The notes beneath the pieces were generated by a model. It worked only from the letters and a program-made list of their open reading frames with translations. It did no database searches and was not told where the DNA came from. A stretch of 64,000 bases of DNA from Antedon mediterranea (taxonomy: Eukaryota; Animalia; Echinodermata): NCBI RefSeq assembly GCF_964355755.1, contig NC_092671.1:15128001-15192000 (forward strand). Reading direction: 5' to 3'. Position 1 is the stretch's first letter; each line of letters starts with the position of its first letter. Of this stretch, positions 49,201 to 61,200 are shown one piece after another. The position numbers were made by a program, and so were the translations under genes.

Positions 49201-52200
49201 TTTAACCCATTTGTTACAAATTCTTTCTCTTTTATTGCTACTTTCCTTTTATAAAATCATCAGTGTTAATTTTAATCTGAAGAGCTGATGCTATTAAATT
49301 TTGTTACTTAAAGGTAGCATTTTTTGTATATAGATGATATCGACAGCCTCATAACAAAAGCGTCTAAGTCATTATTTGTTTTTTTCTGCCTAACTCACTG
49401 CTTATATCAATATACTATATTTGTTGTGTTTCTGCCTAGGTCAGCTGTGTGACTTAGGCAATTAAGGAGAGCTGACTTATGATCTGCCTAACTCACTGCT
49501 TATATCATTATACTGCCCTCTGTACATTGTCTGAGTGCTTTTAAACATTTGCACATGCTCAGATTGTTTTTTGTGTTACTGCCTAAGTCAGCTGTGTGAC
49601 TTAGGCAATTAAGGAGAGGAGACTCATAATTTTTAAAATAAAATAAGAAATGCATTTTTATAGTATATTTTTTAACCCATTTGTTACAAATTCTTTCGCT
49701 TTTATTGCTACTTTCCTTTTCTAAAGCCATCAGTGTTAATATTAATCTGAAGAGCTGATGCTATTAAATTGTGTTACTTAAAGATAGCATTTTTTGTATA
49801 TAGATGATATCGACAGCCTCATAACAAAAGTGTCTAAGTCATAATTTGTTTTTTGTTTTTCTGTCTAACTCACTGCTTATATCAATATACTATATTTGTT
49901 GTGTTTCTGCCCAAGTCAGCTGTGTGACTTAGGCAATTAAGGAGAGCTGACTTATGATCTGCCTAACTCACTGCTTATATAAATATACTATATTTTTTGT
50001 GTTTTTGCCCAAGTCAGCTGTGTGACTTAGGCAATTAAGGAGAGCTGACTTATGATCTGCCTAACTCACTGCTTATATCATTATACTGCCCTCTGTAAAT
50101 TATCTGAGTGCTTTTATATACATTTGCACATGCTCAGATCGTTTTTTTGTGTTTCTGCCTAAGTCAGCTGTGTGACTTAGGCAATTAAGGAAAGGAGACT
50201 CATGATTTTTTAAATAAAATAAGAAATACATTTTTATAGTATATTTTTTAACCCATTTGTTACAAATTCTTTCTCTTTTATTGCTACTTTCCTTTTCTAA
50301 AATCATCAGTGTTAATTTTAATCTGAAGAGCTGATGCTATTAAATTTTGTTACTCAAAGGTTGCATTTTTTGTATATAGATGATATCGACAGCCTCATAA
50401 CAAAAGTGTCTAAGTCATAATTTTGTTTTTGTTTTTCTGCCTAACTCACTGCTTATATCAATATACTATATTTGTTGTGTTTCTGCCCAAGTCAGCTGTG
50501 TGACTTAGGCAATTAAGGAGAGCTGACTTATGATCTGCCTAACTCACTGCTTATATCAATATACTATATTTTTTGTGTTTCTGCCTAAGTCAGCTGTGTG
50601 ACTTAGGCAATTAAGGAGAGCTGACGTATGATCTGCCTAACTCACTGCTTATATCATTATACTGCCCTCTGTACATTATCTGAATGCTTTTATATACATT
50701 TGCACATGCTAAGATTGTTTTTTTGTGTTTCTGCCTAAGTCAGCTGTGTGACTTAGGCAATTAAGGAGAGGAGACCCATGATTTTTTAAATAAAATAAGA
50801 AATACATTTTTATAGTATATTTTTTAACCCATTTGTTACAAATTCTTTCTCTTTTATTGCTACTTTCCTTTTATAAAATCATCAGTGTTAATTTTAATCT
50901 GAAGAGCTGATGCTATTAAATTTTGTTACTTAAAGGTAGCATTTTTTGTATATAGATGATATCGACAGCCTCATAACAAAAGTGTCTAAGTCATAATTTG
51001 TTTTTTGTTTTTCTGTCTAACTCACTGCTTATATCAATATACTATATGTGTTGTGTTTCTGCCCAAGTCAGCTGTGTGACTTAGGCAATTAAGGAGAGCT
51101 GACTTATGATCTGCCTAACTCACTGCTTATATCAATATACTATATGTTTTGTGTTTCTGCCTAAGTCAGCTGTGTGACTTAGGCAATTAAGGAGAGGAGA
51201 CTCATGATTTTTTAAATAAAATAAGAAATACATTTTTATAGTATATTTTTTAACCCATTTGTTACAAATTCTTTCTCTTTTATTGCTACTTTCCTTTTCT
51301 AAAATCATCAGTGTTAATTTTAATCTGAAGAGCTGATGCTATTAAATTTTGTTACTCAAAGGTAGCATTTTTTGTATATAGATGATATCGACAGCCTCAT
51401 AACAAAAGTGTCTAAGTCATAATTTTGTTTTTGTTTTTCTGCCTAACTCACTGCTTATATCAATATACTATATTTGTTGTGTTTCTGCCCAAGTCAGCTG
51501 TGTGACTTAGGCAATTAAGGAGAGCTGACTTATGATCTGCCTAACTCACTGCTTATATCAATATACTATATTTTTTGTGTTTCTGCCTCAGTCAGCTGTG
51601 TGACTTAGGCAATTAAGGAGAGCTGACTTATGATCTGCCTAACTCACTGCTTATATCATTATACTGCCCTCTGCACATTATCCGAGTGCTTTTATATACA
51701 TTTGCACATGCTCAGATTGTTTTTTTGTGTTTCTGCTTAAGTCAGCTGTGTGACTTAGGCAATTAAGGAGAGGAGAACCATGATTTTTTAAATAAAATAA
51801 AAAATGCATTTTTATAGTATATTTTTTAACCCATTTGTTACAAATTCTTTCGCTTTTATTGCTACTTTCCTTTTCTAAAACCATCAGTGTTAATTTTAAT
51901 CTGAAGAGATGATGCTATTAAATTTTGTTACTTAAAGGTAGCATTTTTTGTATATAGATAATATTGACAGCCTCATAACAAAAGTATCTAAGTCATAATT
52001 TGTTTTTTGTTTTTCTGCCTAACTCACTGCTAATATCAATATACTATATTTTTTGTGTTTCTGCCTAAGTCAGCTGTGTGACTTAGGCAATTAAGGAGAG
52101 CTGACTTATGATCTGCCTATCTCACTGCTTATATCATTATAATGCCCTCTGTACATTATCTGAGTGCTTTTATATACATTTGCACATGCTCAGATTGTTT

Positions 52201-55200
52201 TTTTGTGTTTCTGCCTAAGTCAGCTGTGTGACTTAGGCAATTAAGGAGAGGAGACTCATGATTTTTTAAATACAATAAGAAATACATTTTTATAGTATAT
52301 TTTTTAACCCATTTGTTACAAATTCTTTCTCTTTTATTGCTACTTTCCTTTTCTAAATTCATCAGTGTTAATTTTAATCTGAAGAGCTGATGCTATTAAA
52401 TTTTGTTACTTAATAAAGGTAGCATTTTTTGTATATAGATGATATCGACAGCCTCATAAAAAAAGTGTCTAAGTCATAATTTTTTTTTCTGCCTAACTCA
52501 CTGCTTATATCAATATACTACATTTTGTGTGTTTCTGCCTAAGTCAGCTGTGTGACTTAGGCAATTAAGGAGAGGAGACCCATGATTTTTTAAATAAAAT
52601 AAGAAATGCATTTTTATAGTATATTTTTTAACCCATTTGTTACAAATTCTTTCACTTTTATTGCTACTTTCCTTTTCTAAAACCATCAGTGTTAATTCTA
52701 ATCCGAAGAGCTGATGCTATTAAATTGTGTTACTTAAAGGTAGCATTTTTTGTATATAGATGATATCGACAGCCTCATAACAAAAGTGTCTAAGTCATAA
52801 ATTGTTTTTTTGTTTTTCTGTCTAACTCACTGCTTATATCAATATACTATATTTGTTGTGTTTCTGCCCAAGTCAGCTGTGTGACTTAGGCAATTAAGGA
52901 GAGCTGACTTATGATCTGCCTAACTCACTGCTTATATCAATATACTATATTTTTTGTGTTTCTGCCTAAGTCAGCTGTGTGACTTAGGCAATTAAGGAGA
53001 GCTGACTTATGATCTGCCTAACTCACTGCTTATATCATTATACTGCCCTCTGCACATTATCTGAGTGCTTTTATATACATTTGCACATGCTCAGATTGTT
53101 TTTTTGTGTTTCTGCCTAAGTCAGCTGTGTGACTTAGGCAATTAAGAAGAGGAGACCCATGATTTTTTAAATAAAATAAAAAATGCATTTTTATAGTATA
53201 TTTTTTAACCCATTTGTTATAAATTCTTTCGCTTTTATTGCCACTTTCCTTTTCTAAAACCATAAGTGTTAATTTTAATCTGAAGAGCTGATGCTATTAA
53301 ATTTTGTTACTTAAAGGTAGCATTTTTTGTATATAGATAATATCGACAGCCTCATAACAAAAGTGTCTAAGTCATAATTTGTTTTTTGTTTTTCTGCCTA
53401 ACTCACTGCTAATATCAATATACTATATTTTTTGTGTTTCTGCCTAAGTCAGCTGTGTGACTTAGGCAATTAAGGAGAGCTGACTTATGATCTGCCTATC
53501 TCACTGCTTATATCATTATACTGCCCTCTGTACATTATCTGAGTGCTTTTATATACATTTGCACATGCTCAGATTGTTTTTTTGTGTTTCTGCCTAAGTC
53601 AGCTGTGTGACTTAGGCAATTAAGGAGAGGAGACTCATGATTTTTTAAATACAATAAGAAATACATTTTTATAGTATATTTTTTAACCCATTTGTTACAA
53701 ATTCTTTCTCTTTTATTGCTACTTTCCTTTTCTAAATTCATCAGTGTTAATTTTAATCTGAAGAGCTGATGCTATTAAATTTTGTTACTTAATAAAGGTA
53801 GCATTTTTTGTATATAGATGATATCGACAGCCTCATAACAAAAGTGTATAAGTCATAATTTTTTTTTTCTGCCTAACTCACTGCTTATATCAATATACTA
53901 CATTTTTTGTGTTTTTGCCTAAGTCAGCTGTGTGACTTAGGCAATTAAGGAGAGGAGACCCATGATTTTTTAAATAAAATAAGAAATGCATTTTTATAGT
54001 ATATTTTTTAACCCATTTGTTACAAATTCTTTCGGCTTTTATTGCTACTTTCCTTTTCTAAAACCATCAGTGTTAATTCTAATCTGAAGAGCTGATGCTA
54101 TTAAATTGTGTTACTTAAAGGTAGCATTTTTTGTATATAGATGATATCGACAGCCTCATAACAAAAGTGTCTAAGTCATAATTTGTTTTTTGTTTTTCTG
54201 CCTAACTCACTGCTAATATCAATATACTATATTTTTTGTGTTTCTGCCTAAGTCAGCTGTGTGACTTAGGCAATTAAGGAGAGCTGACTTATGATCTGCC
54301 TATCTCACTGCTTATATCATTATACTGCCCTCTGTACATTATCTGAGTGCTTTTATATACATTTGCACATGCTCAGATCGTTTTTTTGTGTTTCTGCCTA
54401 AGTCAGCTGTGTGACTTAGGCAATTAAAGAAAGGAGACTCATGATTTTTTAAATAACATAAGAAATACATTTTTATAGTATATTTTTTAACCCATTTGTT
54501 ACAAATTCTTTCTCTTTTATTGCTAATTTCCTTTTCTAAATTCATCAGTGTTAATTTTAATCTGAAGAGCTGATGCTATTAAATTTTGTTACTTAATAAA
54601 GGTAGCATTTTTTGTATATAGATGATATCGACAGCCTCATAACAAAAGTGTCTAAGTCATAATTTTTTTTTCCTGCCTAACTCACTGCTTATATCAATAT
54701 ACTACATTTTTTGTGTTTCTGCCTAAGTCAGCTGTGTGACTTAGGCAATTAAGGTGAGGAGACTCATGATTTTTAAAATAAAATAAGAAATGCATTTTTA
54801 TAGTATATTTTTTAACCCATTTGTTACAAATTCTTTTGCTTTTATTGCTACTTTCTTTTTCTAAAACCATCAGTGTTAATTCTAATCTGAAGAGCTGATG
54901 CTATTAAATTGTGTTACTTAAAGGTAGCATTTTTTGTATATAGATGATATCGACAGCCTCATAACAAAGTGTCTAAGTCATAATTTGTTTTTTGTTTTTC
55001 TGTCTAACTCACTGCTTATATCAATATACTATATTTGTTGTGTTTCTGCCCAAGTCAGCTGTTTGACTTAGGCAATTAAGGAGAGCTGACTTATGATCTG
55101 CCTAACTCACTGCTTATATCAATATACTATATTTTTTGTGTTTCTGCCTAAGTCAGCTGTGTGACTTAGGCAATTAAGGAGAGCTGACTTATGATCTGCC

Positions 55201-58200
55201 TAACTCACTGCTTATATCATTATACTGCCCTCTGTACATTTAAATCTGAGTGCTTTTATATACATTTGCACATGCTCAGATCGTTTTTTTGTGTTTCTGC
55301 CTAAGTCAGCTGTGTGACTTAGGCAATTAAGGAAAGGAGACTCATGATTTTTTAAATAAAATAAGAAATACATTTTTATAGTATATTTTTTAACCCATTT
55401 GTTACAAATTCTTTCTCTTTTATTGCTACTTTCCTTTTCTAAAATCATCAGTGTTAATTTTAATCTGAAGAGCTGATGCTATTAAATTTTGTTACTCAAA
55501 GGTTGCATTTTTTGTATATAGATGATATCGACAGCCTCATAACAAAAGTGTCTAAGTCATAATTTTGTTTTTGTTTTTCTGCCTAACTCACTGCTTATAT
55601 CAATATACTATATTTGTTGTGTTTCTGCCCAAGTCAGCTGTGTGACTTAGGCAATTAAGGAGAGCTGACTTATGATCTGCCTAACTCACTGCTTATATCA
55701 ATATACTATATTTTTTGTGTTTCTGCCTAAGTCAGCTGTGTGACTTAGGCAATTAAGGAGAGCTGACGTATGATCTGCCTAACTCACTGCTTATATCATT
55801 ATACTGCCCTCTGTACATTATCTGAATGCTTTTATATACATTTGCACATGCTAAGATTGTTTTTTTGTGTTTCTGCCTAAGTCAGCTGTGTGACTTAGGC
55901 AATTAAGGAGAGGAGACCCATGATTTTTTAAATAAAATAAGAAATACATTTTTATAGTATATTTTTTAACCCATTTGTTACAAATTCTTTCTCTTTTATT
56001 GCTACTTTCCTTTTATAAAATCATCAGTGTTAATTTTAATCTGAAGAGCTGATGCTATTAAATTTTGTTACTTAAAGGTAGCATTTTTTGTATATAGATG
56101 ATATCGACAGCCTCATAACAAAAGTGTCTAAGTCATAATTTGTTTTTTGTTTTTCTGTCTAACTCACTGCTTATATCAATATACTATATTTGTTGTGTTT
56201 CTGCCAAAGTCAGCTGTGTGACTTAGGCAATTAAGGAGAGCTGACTTATGATCTGCCTAACTCACTGCTTATATCAATATACTATATGTTTTGTGTTTCT
56301 GCCTAAGTCAGCTGTGTGACTTAGGCAATTAAGGAGAGGAGACTCATGATTTTTTAAATAAAATAAGAAATACATTTTTATAGTATATTTTTTAACCCAT
56401 TTGTTACAAATTCTTTCTCTTTTATTGCTACTTTCCTTTTCTAAAATCATCAGTGTTAATTTTAATCTGAAGAGCTGATGCTATTAAATTTTGTTACTCA
56501 AAGGTAGCATTTTTTGTATATAGATGATATCGACAGCCTCATAACAAAAGTGTCTAAGTCATAATTTTGTTTTTGTTTTTCTGCCTAACTCACTGCTTAT
56601 ATCAATATACTATATTTGTTGTGTTTCTGCCCAAGTCAGCTGTGTGACTTAGGCAATTAAGGAGAGGAGAACCATGATTTTTTAAATAAAATAAAAAATG
56701 CATTTTTATAGTATATTTTTTAACCCATTTGTTACAAATTCTTTCGCTTTTATTGCTACTTTCCTTTTCTAAAACCATCAGTGTTAATTTTAATCTGAAG
56801 AGATGATGCTATTAAATTTTGTTACTTAAAGGTAGCATTTTTTGTATATAGATAATATCGACAGCCTCATAACAAAAGTATCTAAGTCATAATTTGTTTT
56901 TTGTTTTTCTGCCTAACTCACTGCTAATATCAATATACTATATTTTTTGTGTTTCTGCCTAAGTCAGCTGTGTGACTTAGGCAATTAAGGAGAGCTGACT
57001 TATGATCTGCCTATCTCACTGCTTATATCATTATAATGCCCTCTGTACATTATCTGAGTGCTTTTATATACATTTGCACATGCTCAGATTGTTTTTTTGT
57101 GTTTCTGCCTAAGTCAGCTGTGTGACTTAGGCAATTAAGGAGAGGAGACTCATGATTTTTTAAATACAATAAGAAATACATTTTTATAGTATATTTTTTA
57201 ACCCATTTGTTACAAATTCTTTCTCTTTTATTGCTACTTTCCTTTTCTAAATTCATCAGTGTTAATTTTAATCTGAAGAGCTGATGCTATTAAATTTTGT
57301 TACTTAATAAAGGTAGCATTTTTTGTATATAGATGATATCGACAGCCTCATAACAAAAGTGTCTAAGTCATAATTTTTTTTTCTGCCTAACTCACTGCTT
57401 ATATCAATATACTACATTTTTTGTGTTTCTGCCTAAGTCAGCTGTGTGACTTAGGCAATTAAGGAGAGGAGACCCATGATTTTTTAAATAAAATAAGAAA
57501 TGCATTTTTATAGTATATTTTTTAACCCATTTGTTACAAATTCTTTCGCTTTTATTGCTACTTTCCTTTTCTAAAACCATCAGTGTTAATTCTAATCCGA
57601 AGAGCTGATGCTATTAAATTGTGTTACTTAAAGGTAGCATTTTTTGTATATAGATTATATCGACAGCCTCATAACAAAAGTGTCTAAGTCATAAATTGTT
57701 TTTTTGTTTTTCTGTCTAACTCACTGCTTATATCAATATACTATATTTGTTGTGTTTCTGCCCAAGTCAGCTGTGTGACTTAGGCAATTAAGGAGAGCTG
57801 ACTTATGATCTGCCTAACTCACTGCTTATATCAATATACTATATGTTTTGTGTTTCTGCCTAAGTCAGCTGTGTGACTTAGGCAATTAAGGAGAGGAGAC
57901 TCATGATTTTTTAAATAAAATAAGAAATACATTTTTATAGTATATTTTTTAACCCATTTGTTACAAATTCTTTCTCTTTTATTGCTACTTTCCTTTTCTA
58001 AAATCATCAGTGTTAAATTTAATCTGAAGAGCTGATGCTATTAAATTTTGTTACTCAAAGGTAGCATTTTTTGTATATAGATGATATCGACAGCCTCATA
58101 ACAAAAGTGTCTAAGTCATAATTTTGTTTTTGTTTTTCTGCCTAACTCACTGCTTATATCAATATACTATATTTGTTGTGTTTCTGCCCAAGTCAGCTGT

Positions 58201-61200
58201 GTGACTTAGGCAATTAAGGAGAGCTGACTTATGATCTGCCTAACTCACTGCTTATATCAATATACTATATTTTTTGTGTTTCTGCCTCAGTCAGCTGTGT
58301 GACTTAGGCAATTAAGGAGAGCTGACTTATGATCTGCCTAACTCACTGCTTATATCATTATACTGCCCTCTGCACATTATCCGAGTGCTTTTATATACAT
58401 TTGCACATGCTCAGATTGTTTTTTTGTGTTTCTGCTTAAGTCAGCTGTGTGACTTAGGCAATTAAGGAGAGGAGAACCATGATTTTTTAAATAAAATAAA
58501 AAATGCATTTTTATAGTATATTTTTTAACCCATTTGTTACAAATTCTTTCGCTTTTATTGCTAATTTCCTTTTCTAAAACCATCAGTGTTAATTTTAATC
58601 TGAAGAGCTGATGCTATTAAATTTTGTTACTTAAAGGTAGCATTTTTTGTATATAGATAATATCGACAGCCTCATAACAAAAGTATCTAAGTCATAATTT
58701 GTTTTTTGTTTTTCTGCCTAACTCACTGCTAATATCAATATACTATATTTTTTGTGTTTCTGCCTAAGTCAGCTGTGTGACTTAGGCAATTAAGGAGAGC
58801 TGACTTATGATCTGCCTATCTCACTGCTTATATCATTATAATGCCCTCTGTACATTATCTGAGTGCTTTTATATACATTTGCACATGCTCAGATTGTTTT
58901 TTTGTGTTTCTGCCTAAGTCAGCTGTGTGACTTAGGCAATTAAGGAGAGGAGACCCATAATTTTTAAAATAAAATAAGAAATGCATTTTTATAGTATATT
59001 TTTTAACCCATTTGTTACAAATTCTTTCGCTTTTATTGCTACTTTCCTTTTCTAAAACCATCAGTGTTAATTCTAATCTGAAGAGCTGATGCTATTAAAT
59101 TGTGTTACTTAAAGGTAGCATTTTTTGAATATAGATGATATCGACAGCCTCATAACAAAAGTGTCTAAGTCATAATTTGTTTTTTGTTTTTCTGTCTAAC
59201 TCACTGCTTATATCAATATACTATATTTGTTGTGTTTCTGCCCAAGTCAGCTGTGTGACTTAGGCAATTAAGGAGAGCTGACTTATGATCTGCCTAACTC
59301 ACTGCTTATATCAATATACTATATTTTTTGTGTTTCTGCCTCAGTCAGCTGTGTGACTTAGGCAATTAAGGAGAGCTGACTTATGATCTGCCTAACTCAC
59401 TGCTTATATCATTATACTGCCCTCTGCACATTATCCGAGTGCTTTTATATACATTTGCACATGCTCAGATTGTTTTTTTGTGTTTCTGCTTAAGTCAGCT
59501 GTGTGACTTAGGCAATTAAGGAGAGGAGAACCATGATTTTTTAAATAAAATAAAAAATGCATTTTTATAGTATATTTTTTAACCCATTTGTTACAAATTC
59601 TTTCGCTTTTATTGCTAATTTCCTTTTCTAAAACCATCAGTGTTAATTTTAATCTGAAGAGCTGATGCTATTAAATTTTGTTACTTAAAGGTAGCATTTT
59701 TTGTATATAGATAATATCGACAGCCTCATAACAAAAGTATCTAAGTCATAATTTGTTTTTTGTTTTTCTGCCTAACTCACTGCTAATATCAATATACTAT
59801 ATTTTTTGTGTTTCTGCCTAAGTCAGCTGTGTGACTTAGGCAATTAAGGAGAGCTGACTTATGATCTGCCTATCTCACTGCTTATATCATTATAATGCCC
59901 TCTGTACATTATCTGAGTGCTTTTATATACATTTGCACATGCTCAGATTGTTTTTTTGTGTTTCTGCCTAAGTCAGCTGTGTGACTTAGGCAATTAAGGA
60001 GAGGAGACTCATGATTTTTTAAATACAATAAGAAATACATTTTTATAGTATATTTTTTAACCCATTTGTTACAAATTCTTTCTCTTTTATTGCTACTTTC
60101 CTTTTCTAAATTCATCAGTGTTAATTTTAATCTGAAGAGCTGATGCTATTAAATTTTGTTACTTAATAAAGGTAGCATTTTTTGTATATAGATGATATCG
60201 ACAGCCTCATAACAAAAGTGTCTAAGTCATAATTTTTTTTTCTGCCTAACTCACTGCTTATATCAATATACTACATTTTTTGTGTTTCTGCCTAAGTCAG
60301 CTGTGTGACTTAGGCAATTAAGGAGAGGAGACCCATGATTTTTTAAATAAAATAAGAAATGCATTTTTATAGTATATTTTTTAACCCATTTGTTACAAAT
60401 TCTTTCGCTTTTATTGCTACTTTCCTTTTCTAAAACCATCAGTGTTAATTCTAATCTGAAGAGCTGATGCTATTAAATTGTGTTACTTAAAGGTAGCATT
60501 TTTTGTATATAGATGATATCGACAGCCTCATAACAAAAGTGTCTAAGTCATAATTTGTTTTTTGTTTTTCTGTCTAACTCACTGCTTATATCAATATACT
60601 ATATTTGTTGTGTTTCTGCCCAAGTCAGCTGTGTGACTTAGGCAATTAAGGAGAGCTGACTTATGATCTGCCTAACTCACTGCTTATATCAATATACTAT
60701 ATTTTTTGTGTTTCTGCCTAAGTCAGCTGTGTGACTTAGGCAATTAAGGAGAGCTGACTTATGATCTGCCTAACTCACTGCTTATATCATTATACTGCCC
60801 TCTGCACATTATCTGAGTGCTTTTATATACATTTGCACATGCTCAGATTGTTTTTTTGTGTTTCTGCCTAAGTCAGCTGTGTGACTTAGGCAATTAAGGA
60901 GAGGAGACCCATGATTTTTTAAATAAAATAAAAAATGCATTTTTATAGTATATTTTTTAACCCATTTGTTATAAATTCTTTCGCTTTTATTGCCACTTTC
61001 CTTTTCTAAAACCATCAGTGTTAATTTTAATCTGAAGAGCTGATGCTATTAAATTTTGTTACTTAAAGGTAGCATTTTTTGTATATAGATAATATCGACA
61101 GCCTCATAACAAAAGTGTCTAAGTCATAATTTGTTTTTTGTTTTTCTGCCTAACTCACTGCTAATATCAATATACTATATTTTTTGTGTTTCTGCCTAAG